DNA of 63,230 nt, filler included, from Reticulomyxa filosa (taxonomy: Eukaryota; Protista; Foraminifera): NCBI GenBank assembly GCA_000512085.1. It is 19 parts of 19 records of this genome, joined end to end, with 100 filler letters (N's around TTAATTAATTAA, not from the genome) between each part and the next. Parts side by side here need not be neighbours in the genome. Positions count along the whole stretch, not along the records: positions 13,025 to 18,781 come from ASPP01005866.1; positions 18,882 to 20,125 come from ASPP01010036.1; positions 20,226 to 22,536 come from ASPP01026085.1; positions 22,637 to 23,653 come from ASPP01036555.1; positions 23,754 to 31,751 come from ASPP01014516.1; 14 more parts are not named here. One strand, 5' to 3'. Below the pieces are notes generated by a model that saw only the letters and a list, made by a program, of their open reading frames with translations, ran no database searches and was not told the DNA's origin. Below are positions 13,121-25,172 of this stretch, piece by piece (the stretch's first letter is position 1; the number at the start of each line of letters is the position of its first letter). The position numbers and the translations under genes are program-made.

Positions 13121-15418
13121 TTTCTGTTCCATGTGTTCAAAGATGGCTCATGACCGATCACATTGGGCTGCATAAAGTGATCATCTCTGGAGTGCAATGT
13201 GCTTACAGGTAGGTGATTGACAACTATTCTATCTAATTGTGGAGGAAGCGGATGCAAAGGCACGTTATCTCTGGACCATTGCCGGTCAGGCTCCTGAATT
13301 CCATAAGAATATGGGCGGAATTCATATGCTCGAAAATGATAAAAGCTTGGCATATTGTAACTTTGAGACAGAGACAGGGACGAAGGTGGAGGAGGCGGAG
13401 GAAGAGAGAAAGAAAGATGAAGAGGGGGCAAAGGAACAAGTGGAAGAGGTAGAGAAGTGTGAAGAGGGAACATGGCATCACTTATCGTTCTGGGTTGTTC
13501 ATACCGATTCAACTCAGGTCGTTCATCACTGTTATTTCCATTAGTCGTTCTTCTCTGTGTCTTTTTATCGTCATCCAGGGATCGATCTGGCGACCTTCTA
13601 TGCATGCGATCAGGCGTAAATCGATCCCTATGTCTATCAAAAGCATGACGTATTGGTGGTAAGGAATAACGTCGTTCTCGCATTGTATTATTTGGTGATG
13701 ATAATCTATCCGTGTGTGCTCGGCCTTTTCCATTGCGTCGATGTATTGACTCAGTTTCTTTTTTTGGTAACTTTTCGCGGTTCAACTTTTTGAGATTTTT
13801 TTTGTTGAAGCGAGAACGACCACCTCTTCTCGTTATCTTAGCTATAATTCGATCCCATTTGAGCTTGTTATTTCGAGTCGCACGTCCGCGGATACGGCCA
13901 AATCGCACATGGCCTCGATTGTTGTTGCCATAGCTTGAATTGTCTATTTCTTGATAAATGATATATCCGTTCCCAATTGGCGTATACACTAATGACAAAC
14001 GAGAAAATTTCTTTATAAACGATAACATGTCCAAAAAACCGTATTCCTTAATGTCTAATATCTCATTGAACTCTTTGTAGTACAAGTCTTCAAATGCGTC
14101 TTTTTCTATTTCTTTATACTTTTGCATCATCCTCAGCACATTCCGGTGAACTTTTCGAAATTTGTTTGATGCGAATACACTTTTGCCAAATGGATATCTC
14201 ATATTGGATGTAGGCCTTAATTTCAATTTTGATTTAACCATTGTTTTGGATTTAGATCTGGATATAGATTGGGAAGGTTTAACTCTCGATTTAGAGTTGG
14301 ATTTGGATTTCGATTTGGATCTTGATTTTGATTTTGATTTGGATTTCGATTTGGATTTTGATTTTGATTTTGATTTTGAGTTTGATCTTGATCTTGGTGT
14401 AGATTTTGGTGTTAGAACCAGATGGTAATTTGAGTTTTCAACCGATATGACCTCGCTCATAGACGGATAATGTTGATTTGCGTTGATGAAATTGATGTCT
14501 TTGGTTTCATCCGATGGATCAGAAGTGTTCGATGGTGCGGACAAAAATTGGATCCAAAATTTACGATGAAACAACTCTTGAGAACATTTGCCCTGATCGC
14601 GATTGGGGCACTGTCCATGCTCCACCCAATGTTGACACTCCACGCCGTCATGGAAGTATTTGCATTCTCGAAAATTGGTGCATTGATTGTCCTTTATCCA
14701 TTCTGGGCATTCATTGATTTCTACCTGTGGCAATATATGTATGAGCATGTATGAAAAAGACAAACTCCAGCGCGCGTTTCTTTTTTGTTTGTTTTTTTTT
14801 TTTTTTTTTTTTTTTCTATTCACAAATACATACAGGTTGAACGCCGATATGTGACAAAATCTTTTTTTCAATAGGCTTTGTTGGCGGTTGTGTAGTGGAG
14901 ATATCTTCCTTCTTGACAATAATGAAGCCATTGTCAGAACCGTCATTGGATTCCACTGCTTCACTGTTGTCATGTGTTTGATCTTCTTTTTTTAGTTTGC
15001 TTGCAGTTGTACTCGTTTTGTGCTTCTTTATTTTCAGTTGATCTTCTTGGACTATTTTTTGTGCAGCTGGTGTCATTGGTATTGAGTTGCTTTGTACATG
15101 ATCTGTTGTACTATTTCCATTTTCTATCGATTCCGTCTTGATACTATTATTCTTATGTTCGAACCCATCGTCTGTCAGTTCGCCACTTTCCGATTTTTCT
15201 CCATCCATTGCCATTTGCTTTCCTTTTTTTTTTTTTTTTTTTGTGGTCATTGCTAAGAGAATCAAAATAATTGACTTTAATGCAAAGTAAGACTCAAAAC
15301 AAATTATTAGAATGTTAAGATATGCATATATGTTTATATATAACTCAGGCCCCAAAGTCTGAGGGTCCACTTCACATTCACTTTTAATGTTTCCTTGTTC
15401 ACTTGTGTTGGCATCCAT
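13025..15418 (-). CDS. CCCH zinc finger + LOTUS/OST-HTH domain protein with SK, RG and DR low-complexity regions (3' truncated)
   Basis: Three exons from ATG 15418. Two CCCH fingers (CPEWIKDNQCTNFRECKYFH; CQHWVEHGQCPNRDQGKCSQELFH, ~14560-14715). LOTUS-type helix-turn-helix VLRMMQKY...FEDLYYKEFNEILDIKEYGFLDMLSFIKKF (~13985-14165). Confidence 0.8.
14290..14396. repeat. (GATTTT/GATTTG)n hexamer repeat encoding (SK)n
   Basis: Visible tandem hexamers inside the LOTUS gene. Confidence 0.85.
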
Positions 15419-17575
15419 TCTGTTCGTCCGAAACCATATTATGTTTTGGAGGAGCACCCATCCAAAGTCCATGCGATGTTAAGACAAGCGACAAAAGCCA
15501 CCAATGCCAACAATTGTTGTTGACGAACATCCAAATGATGAAGCCATAAATCATGACACATAAAAGTAAGGTCAGTAATTAATCCAAAAAAATTTTAAAA
15601 AAGCAAGTTCCAATTCGATATATCCCAATTCGATTGTAAAACAAAACAATCGATCCAATAGATTGTTGTATTTTGTTTGATTTGATTTTGTGTTCCGCCG
15701 TGGTGGATTGTTTGGTTGAAGTTAAAGAGGAGGAACAACGGCGTAGGAGCAAATTGTGACATTGATCCAATGTTTTCCACCAAAACAACAGACAATCAAA
15801 AAAACACAATGCAGTTCTTGTGAGTCACAGATCATAAGGCATTCCACCAATAAATGTTTGTGCTTGTTGTTATCTCCTCATTTTTTTTTTCCTCCCCTTT
15901 CGCTGAACGTAAGTAGTCGTCGGCAGACACCAATCAAATTCCATTTGACACATTCAGAACAAAAAAAAAAAAAAAAAAAATGTCCATTTTTAGCAAAATG
16001 TCCTCATAAAAAAAAACAACAATTTTGCTATCGCAAAAACGCATGTTACATACCCAACAAAAAAAAAATGTTAACCTTAGTTTTTTTTACTTCTTTGTAA
16101 TTGTAGGGAGACATTTGGAAAGTTTTTTTCCTTTCACAAAAAATTCCAAAACAAAAACATATTTATCTTGTGCACAGACCTTGAAACTATGTTTCTTAAA
16201 AAGTAATTTTTAAAAAAAGGAGAGTTTACGTGCAAAAACAACTCACATGGAATTAGAATACGAGACATTGCCCGATTTGTTATCGTTCTGATGTGTCAAA
16301 AAATCCGGTGTTGATGTCATTCAATGATAAAATTATTGCTTCTGTTTTGAAAGCGAAATCAAAAATACAGTGTTGGACAATCCAATGGTGTCTTTGTTAC
16401 AAACAGTCTTTTCAATGATACCCTTGTTTGTTCACTCTTTTCCAATCAAGCCAACCCCAATTAGTGCGTTAAAAAGCCAAGAATGTATTCCAATTTCTAA
16501 CTTTTCCAAAAGATTTTAAAAAAGGATATTATCCTATGATGACAAGCCCAAGCCAGTTTTAAAAAAAACTTACTAAGATTTGCCGTTTCTTTGTCTTTTG
16601 TTTATCAATAACCTACCGGAGTAGTGTTGCTTTTGTTTTCTAATAAATACCTCTAAAACAATTGGGACGATTTTATTTGGCAATAAACATACAGTGAAAA
16701 GGCAAATTTTTTCAATTCTAAATCCGTTGTCGACGTTACAAATTTGTTGTTTTTTTCTCCTTTTTTTGTAAGAGTGCGTTTCTCTTTTTTTTAAGTGTGT
16801 ACGATGTCGCCATGTTTGTCGAGTTCAATTTCAAACATTTTCATCTGCTGAATGTGACAACGAAAAATTCAGCAGGCAACAGAGTGAAAGTATACGTACA
16901 ACCTCAATCAGTTGTTAATATCATGTGAAGTTTCTTTTATTGTGTCATTTGACTTTACTATTTATTGTTACACCATATTACTTTACCACAACAAATGAAA
17001 AACAAGCAAAAGTAGTTAAAATTAGATTCAAAATTTGAACACTAACAAGATTCTAAAAACACTGGAAAGACAACTAAATTGCAAATGAAGTGAAATATTT
17101 GTTATCTTGTTGATATGAAAAAAAAACATTTGTTTGCAGAATATGAAATAGAATGACATTTGGGAATATTATTATGTTCTGCTGAAATTCATTAATCCCA
17201 AACATGAATAAAACCATCATATAAACCATAACGCAAATTAATATCATAAATATGAAATATGATAATTTGTTTATTTTTAATTGTAAAAATTAAAAAAAGA
17301 ATTCAATCATTTTGTTGATTGCTTCCTTTATTGTTCAAATGTAATTGTTCAATGAATTATTTGTTATTAATCTCATAAACAAACACTTGGACAGATAATA
17401 TTATATTCCTTAATTCATTTGATTCATATTTTACACTTCTAATCCAAGCTTCATGTTCTTTAAATATAATCTTCAAAATCATATACTTTGCCAACAAGGG
17501 TAAGTCACCCAGAAACGGTTTGAAGTTTGAAAGCCTCAGCTGAAAAAATTTCTGACAAATTGTTCATAATCTCAG

Positions 17576-18683
17576 ATGTCACAAGAGAAAGATGTACAAC
17601 TCCTCAATACCTATTTCAATTATGCCGAAGATCTAGAAATATTCACTCAAGGTGACTACGACAATTTAGACACACTCGCCGAAGGTGATGAAAACAAAAT
17701 GGAAGTAGATCAAAACGAACAAAAAGAAGGAAGCTTGGAGGCATTTCAAGATGAAGGTAAAGATGCTCTTGGTAAAGATGCTCTTGGTACCATAGACGAC
17801 GATAAAATTACAACAAATTACTTCAATGTGACGATTGCAAAGGATTTCGATATTATTGAATACAGTGTCACGGTACGTTTCTTTTCTTTTTGTCCGGTTG
17901 AGCCAGTTGCATTACCAAGAAAAAGGAGAAGTTGATTTTATGTTGTATTTTTGTTGCACTATTAGTTTGATCCTGATATCGCAGTAGAAAATGTAAGAAA
18001 GAGACAGATAATCTTTGAGGGGTTAGTTATACGTTGCTTTTTTTTTTTTTGGTTGAGAAAAGACTGACTCACTCTTAAAGCCGGAGGGGGGAAAAAAAGA
18101 TGCACAGAGGTGAGCATATATTTCGAACAATGCTTCTTCGTTAATACTGTAGTATTTGCAAGAAAAAAAGAAAAAAAGGACGTTGATACAAAATCGACGG
18201 ATATTGAAGTATATTCGGCAGATGGTGATTATAAGGTCACCTTACATTTGTTTTTTTTTGGGAGGGGGGGAGAGATATGAGAAACAAATCTTTTTTTTTT
18301 TTTATAAAAAAAAAAAAAGAATGGTATTAAAAGAAAATAAAAAAAGATATGTAGAAATGGATGAACACAAAAGATGCCAATTGATATGTGCAATATTATG
18401 TAGCGTGATCAAGCCATGGTATAATATCAAAGTCGATACGATCGTGGGCATTAAATCCGAAAAGACAACAAGACAAGGACACGGTCGTGAAGGAGAGGCG
18501 ATAAGTCGCAATTGCAAGGCGACTCATTTGGACTTTTTTACAAACGCAGATTTCGAGAATCGGTTGCGATTGTTCTTTCACGACGAAAGTCATCCTTTCC
18601 TTGCGGGAGCTCCCAAGGGTTGGTCTCACTCTTATAAGCAGTGGATTGAAGCTGCGCAACAGGTTGTTGTCACCATTAACCAG
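17576..18683 (+). CDS. Piwi/Argonaute family protein, N domain + linker L1 (3' truncated at contig end)
   Basis: Exons ~17576-17872, 17966-18021, 18100-~18249 and 18320-18683 give ITTNYFNVTIAKDFDIIEYSVT|FDPDIAVENVRKRQIIFEG|C...CFFVNTVVFARKK...RCQLICAILCSVIK...KGWSHSYKQWIEAAQQVVVTINQ. These blocks are collinear with Piwi motifs TNHFRL/YQYHIDYNP/FDGTILF/QFYNIIFRRLLK/PGFTTSILQYE. The exon 3/4 junction is uncertain. Confidence 0.7.
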
Positions 18684-18881
18684 GTATATAAACACATGTG
18701 CAATTTATCTATTTGTATTCTATTAACAAGTTAGAGTAAAAAAAAAAAAAAAAAACGTGAAAGGAGAAACCAAATGTTTTANNNNNNNNNNNNNNNNNNN
18801 NNNNNNNNNNNNNNNNNNNNNNNNNTTAATTAATTAANNNNNNNNNNNNNNNNNNNNNNNNNNNNNNNNNNNNNNNNNNNN

Positions 18882-18930
<49 letters not shown>

Positions 18931-20091
18931 CATTGCCATTGTCTTCATAATTTGTCAAACTCGAATAATCATTTAGATCGTCCTCTGAATTACAAGACAT
19001 TCCAGACAGTGGAGTTACACAGCTGCTACTGCGAGAGGAAACGAGTGTAGCAAAAGAATCATCATTTCGAATAGGTTCACTTTTCACATTGGTGTGCGTG
19101 TATATGTGCGTGTATGTGTGTAGGAGAAGTAAATTTTTTCTTCCTCCCCCCAAATCTTCTCCTTCTATCACCTCTCATTGATAAACTTTGGTTTGGCGAA
19201 TTGAGATGCAGCAGGAGAAATTGGAGGGTTCCGGGAACGTTCTCGGTTGATGGTAATAGAATGGAGAGCGGGCGGACCACATCCACTGTTTTTGTGCATT
19301 ATCTTTGCTTTTGTTTGGTTATTGGTGGTACCTTTTTGTTTTTTGCTGCCATTTGGCAAATCCGAATTCTTGTTGTTTTTTTGCTTTTTTTTCTCACTGT
19401 TTATTTTGTTGTTTCTGGTCGCTCTTTCTTTTTCATCATCACTACCGTCATTATTCCCTTCTTCTCCTTCCTTTCCTTCTTCCTCTTCTTCTTCTTCTTC
19501 TTCGTCTTCTCCTTCTTCTTCTATCAATAGGGTTGTAGTCCCAGCATTTGCATCAGTGTACGGTTTTGTGGAAAGAGAAGTAGAAGACGAAGTCATGTGG
19601 ACAAGAACAGGTATCATTGGGGATGATGGACTGCCGACTAATAACATTGGCCCATTACAATCTGTTGTGTCTGTCATTTTTGTTAACTCTAATTTTTCGC
19701 ATAATTTTCGATGCTCTTTATTTTCACTCTCATTTCTATTTCCACTTTCTGTTATGTCTTCTTCTTCTTCTTCTTCTTCTCCCTTGGATTTCTTTTCTTT
19801 TGTCGCTTTTTTTATCGCTGTGTCGTTGATCAGCACTTCACTTTTCTCCATGTTCAGAGACTTTGTTGGCGTCACAGTCGCATGTTGCTTTACATCTTGT
19901 GCTTTTGGCGTGGTCACAACTTCTTCTTTTGAATCCGTGCCGTTTTCATTTACAAATCTGTTCGCCACTACTGTGTTTCCAATGGTTTTTGTTCGATCTG
20001 GTTTTTCTTTTTCACTTGATGACAAAGCGTTCTTCATTTTGCTAGTGGTTTCATTCTTTGAACGTTTTTGCGGTGTCGATTGATTGTATCC

Positions 20092-20123
<32 letters not shown>

Positions 20124-20125
20124 TA
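18882..20125 (-). CDS. Internal fragment of a low-complexity (E/K/N/S-rich) hypothetical protein
   Basis: ORF 19168-20037 plus a downstream exon. Both contig ends lie in (AAT)n poly-Asn tracts. Confidence 0.55.
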
Positions 20126-20512
20126 NNNNNNNNNNNNNNNNNNNNNNNNNNNNNNNNNNNNNNNNNNNNTTAATTAATTAANNNNNNNNNNNNNNNNNNN
20201 NNNNNNNNNNNNNNNNNNNNNNNNNAAAATGATATTTAAAAACTACACGATTCGTAGATATTTTTTTAATTAAAAAAATTTTGATTAAATGTTGTTTTTT
20301 CATGGAGAAACCAATCATTTCTATAAGGTGGCATTTTAGGTTTCAACTTTCTTTTTTATCTTACTGTAATTATTTAAAGATGAACAACAACTGCACAGTT
20401 TATTTTAAAATTACTCTACCCGTTTTGTAATATGAAATAAATTAAGGTAAATTAAAACACATCCAACACATATTAAATATTTTATCTTTTTATAAGTTGG
20501 GCATCATATACA

Positions 20513-20732
20513 TGTAGGAACAGCGAGCTAGACTAAGTGTAATACGAAAGGAACTTGGTTCCGAAAACCAATTTCAGTAAAGAGGAAATAAATTGACAAT
20601 AATTACAACAAAATTAAGAAAGAGTAAAAAGAAACAATGCAAAATTGAGTTGTGTTGTGAAGAAGATTTTAACTCACCGGGGCTCTTCCGTTCCTTGATA
20701 CTTAGAAGGTCGTAATATGGCCTTCTCCTACA
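20513..20732 (+). mobile_element. 220-bp element with TGTAGGA...TCCTACA termini and 4-bp TSD (TACA): solo LTR or Ginger-like non-autonomous element
   Basis: 7-bp perfect inverted termini, TACA directly on both sides, and a homologous copy at 34368-34601 on another contig. Confidence 0.65.
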
Positions 20733-21014
20733 TACATTTATCAGAGACCTAATTAAAAAAAACAACATAAACAGCTTCAAGATGTTAAATAAATCAGCAA
20801 AATGTGTAAATGTTTGAAAAAACAAAAAATACAAGAACTGCTAATTGGATTTTTTTTTGGTGAAAGTTGAGTTCTATGAAATATATTTTTAAAAAGGTGC
20901 TTGCGTTATAATGGAAAAATTTCTATCACATTATACTCCTTTAGAAACTATATTCATCCAATTTTGAATTTCCAAAAAAAGAAAAAAAGATATTTCTATT
21001 TGAGTTAGGTCTTG

Positions 21015-21778
21015 CTATCCCCATATTCTAATTGTTGCATCAGAAGAACAAGATACAACAATATTTCCATCTGATGATATATCAATACCTATTATTGAAC
21101 CAACATGTCCTTTTAATTGTTGGAGTTGAGAAGTTGCATGTCCAGAAATAGTTTAGAGTGAGAATTTCTAATTCTCGCTTGCAAATGCAAACAGGTTGAA
21201 AAAAGGACAAATAATAAATGATGATTGATTTTTGTAAGTTTGGATTTATTTTTGAACAGTAAAATATTCAAATAGGAAGTTTTTCTGCTTTAAATAAAAA
21301 TAAAGAGAGCTACATTCTTCATTTAATTATCCATTTATCAAAAAAAAAAGATTTCCAAAAATAATAATTTTACCATACTAAGTATTTGTACCCTTTTTTT
21401 TAGAAATTATTTCTTGAAAACTACAAATATTCAACTTCATAACAATTGTCAATATTCAAAAAGTAGTGTAGCATGAAGACAAATTAGTGATTTAACAGAT
21501 TTGCATAAGATAATTTGAACAAGAGCAGAAGATATCAAATGAAACTGAAATCACATGTAATCACTCCAGATGTTTTTTCATCAAAGGGAAATTAAAAGAT
21601 TTAATTGATATGTAACATGAAACAAAAATATGTTTGATTGTATGACATGATTAACAAATAATGAACTGTTAAAAAATGAAATTCGAATCCAATGATGAAT
21701 AACAAATTTTATTTCAAAGATAAAATTAGGTTGAATCGATGATTTGATCAAATTATTATCAAATATATTTAAATGCAA
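21015..21778 (-). pseudogene. Decayed WD40-repeat gene of the expanded lineage-specific family
   Basis: LQQLKGHVGSIGIDISSDGNIVVSCSSDATIRIWG* (terminal WD repeat) and an upstream EIKFVIHHWIRI motif. The sequence between them is broken. Confidence 0.65.
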
Positions 21779-22636
21779 TAAAGTCCAAAAAAATTAAATC
21801 TTTTATTATAAAATTTTCAAATTTTTTAAAATAGTTTGAGAGAATATTGATTGATAATTTCATAAAAAAATAACACAACTTAAACTTTGTAAATGAAAAG
21901 TCTAATCAAATATAAACACTTTAATTTCTATCTAAAGATACTTAAAATACAGAAAGTGAATAATACGGATATTTATAAATTTAAAATATAATAAAACGTT
22001 TAATATAAGATCCAATCTTATAGAAATAATTGATTTTTTCCATAATAAATCAAAATTAGTTTTGTGATTTTTTAAAGTACTTTCTTCAAAAAGAAATAAT
22101 TAAAGAAGACAAAGATCTAATGAAAAGTACCACTTACATATGCTTAATAGATGTAAAACAGTATTATAATATTTCGAAACATACTTTTAAATTCAGCCTG
22201 TTGTCTCAGAATAACTCAAATTACAAAAAATCAATATTCCTGTTTGCAAAGAATGAAGTTTAAACAAAGCGAATTTTTGATGAAATAGTATTAACTATGA
22301 TATGTCTCTAATCAAAAAGCAAAACGATAACGATTATAACAACTTCGGTGCAATAATATAATTGAATGATCAATGCAATATTTTTGAATTTGCAATTTGA
22401 TTTTTTATATTGATCGCACAATAATTGATGAGAATTGATTTCGAAACAACGGAGTAAAAAAAAATAAAAGTACAGAAGGACTGAACGTGTTAGACAAAAA
22501 GTATTTATATAGAGTTTTTTTTGTTATAATTACTTTNNNNNNNNNNNNNNNNNNNNNNNNNNNNNNNNNNNNNNNNNNNNTTAATTAATTAANNNNNNNN
22601 NNNNNNNNNNNNNNNNNNNNNNNNNNNNNNNNNNNN

Positions 22637-23653
22637 AACCCAGCATCGATAAAAACAGGACAAGAGATTTACAACAAAATGGTTTCCCTGTTAAGGAAGC
22701 ATCTCTTCAAAATATTCACTTTCATTGAGAAATAGCAATTATGTGGGAATAACAAATGACCGCTGTTACATTTGATCATGGTTGGAAATAACCAATCCCC
22801 GAAATAACCAGCTTGCTGCATCATTCCCACTGAACGATTTACGTTTATTGCGCGTGCAATAACATTGATATTGCAAATGCAAATAATATTTAACAATAGT
22901 TGTTTCATACCTTGTCAAATTACCAGAGAGTATTAACAAAAAAAAATGCTAAGAGATCTGTTGATAAACATTTCGATAAATAGTTTCCATTTGTACGAGA
23001 TGCTTCGGAAGCCAAAGTGAATAACCACGCGACAAAGTGGTCATGGCTCGAAACTGATGCAATGGCGTGGTTAGACTTGTTTCATATCGACAAACGGAAT
23101 TTGTCTTTGTCACATCAATTTTGAACGACGGATTGTAATCTGCGTTTTCACAAACACCAATTCTCGGAATATGATTTAGCATCATTGCCCATTGAGAACG
23201 TGGGATCACAAAATCACAACTCTTCAATACCACCCATCGCAATTCATGCCCTCCCAAAAAATTGCAAATTGACTTTTGCAAAAAAAAAACAAACAATAGC
23301 AAAATATAAATGTAAATATTGCAACGTATACATACTCAACTGTGATGATATCAACAGGCAAGTAACTTGGAAAGCATTCATTTAGAACAAGGTCAGTCTG
23401 ATTTATATCAAATGACCAAATGGGAGAGACAATGGGTTTTGACGCTTGTGCTTCAAAGCAACCACTCAATACTTCCCACACGCGATGGGCCAGAAAATAC
23501 AGACTTTTTGTCGAATCTGTTGGCACAAACAAATGCCTAAGTTTTATTGAGATTATGCGTCCATCAGCTACTATCGACCAACTGTCCCTTGCAAATGGAA
23601 ATATTACATACGTTCGACGTTCTTGTCCTATTATTTTCAAGTTAATATCGACA
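22637..23653 (-). CDS. Hypothetical protein fragment (about 3 exons)
   Basis: Consecutive minus-strand ORFs 23224-23640, 22949-23302 and 22669-22908, separated by intron-like T-rich tracts. No family recognised. Confidence 0.4.
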
Positions 23654-23758
23654 NNNNNNNNNNNNNNNNNNNNNNNNNNNNNNNNNNNNNNNNNNNNTTA
23701 ATTAATTAANNNNNNNNNNNNNNNNNNNNNNNNNNNNNNNNNNNNNNNNNNNNTATAC

Positions 23759-23791
<33 letters not shown>

Positions 23792-23841
23792 TATATAAAT
23801 ATTTGTTTATATGTATTAATATATATGTGATATGTATTCAC

Positions 23842-24626
23842 CTGTCCAAATTTTAATGGTGTTATCGTAACTACCGGTAATCAACCAATCTTCGGAGGGG
23901 TGCCATATTGCACATTTGACATCTCCGGCATGTTCGCGAAGGACTGATAACACCTCGAACTCGAACGTGTTTTCGTCCATTTCCCATATCCACACGCTTT
24001 TATCACGACTGCAACTGGCCAGTAAATTTCCACTGGTATTCCAACTAAGCGATTTGATTTCACTTTTATTTCCTTCCAACATTTCTACGCATTCGAATTC
24101 GATCTCATTATTTGAGCCCAGCGATTTTCTCAATGTGTCACTTTTTTTTACTCTCTTTTTTTTTTCATTTTTTTTTATCGCCACCTTCTTCTTCTTCTTC
24201 TTCTTCTTGTTCTTCTGCTTCTTCTTCTCTTTCTTCATTGTTTGGAGATGAATCCGCCATCACCTTCCAAATTCCAATACTCCCATCGAAACATGCGCTC
24301 GCGAACATTCGATCGTTGGGATTCCACGCCACACATCTCACCGTTCGTGTGTGTGCGTCCAACACTTGCGTGCAACGATACGTGTAAGGGAAATGCACGT
24401 CTGCTTCTTGTGCTACTTTCTTCTCCTTGTCCACTTTTGAGTCTATCACTTCTTTGTATTGCTTTATCCACACTCGTATTGATTTGTCGCCTGAACAGCT
24501 GAGTAATATTTGACGAGAGGGAGACCAACACACACACCACACACGATCTTCGTGACCCTCCAGTGTATCCAAGAGAGTCAATGTCCCCAAATTTTTTTTT
24601 ACTTGCTCATTTTCTATCTCAGCCAT
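23842..24626 (-). CDS. CIAO1: Cytosolic Fe-S protein assembly WD40 protein CIAO1/Cia1 (3' truncated)
   Basis: LEGHEDRVWCVCW, HTRTVRCVAW, ASACFD, LASCSRDKSVWIWE, HAGDVKCAIWHP, SYDNTIKIW. An apparent frameshift falls in A/T homopolymers near 24165. Confidence 0.9.
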
Positions 24627-25172
24627 TTTCTTTCTTTATGTGATGTAGGGTTAAAGTACCCTTTTCTAATTTTTTTTTTTTTTCCACTAAACAACGAGAG
24701 TAGTTAAACTGTTTTTTTAAAAAATATAACACTACCAAATTTGGTAGTGTTACAAACTACACAAAACAAAGATATTTTTTGTAAAAGGGTTGACATAATG
24801 AAATACAAAATGAATGAAGCGGCGGCGATAGCAACAACTACACGTATTTGGAATTTTAAAATTTTTTTTCTAATCTAGCCTCTTTATATTAAAGATGGAA
24901 AAAGCGCATGTCTTTTGTGTTACGTGTTACTTTGGTAGAATAATATCGTCACAGCTCCATGAAAAATGAACTTTAATAGTTTGATTGCAATAACTTTTTT
25001 AAGTTTTGCTGTAATTTGTTTTATTTGTGTCAGTGCCTTTTCTTGATAGTTTCAACAGTTCTTGAGTTGACAACTTTCTTTTTTTTTTGAAAAAAGCAGT
25101 ACTCAAGGTGTCCTGTAAGAATACGTGTCCCTACTAAAAAAAAATCTTCAACATTTTCAAATTGTTTTGGAA

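Noticed and set aside
19247-20083. Long plus-strand F/S-rich ORFs (also 6685-7083, 14162-14428, 48542-49028) as overlapping membrane-protein genes
   Set aside because: They are antisense shadows of K/E/N-rich low-complexity coding sequence.
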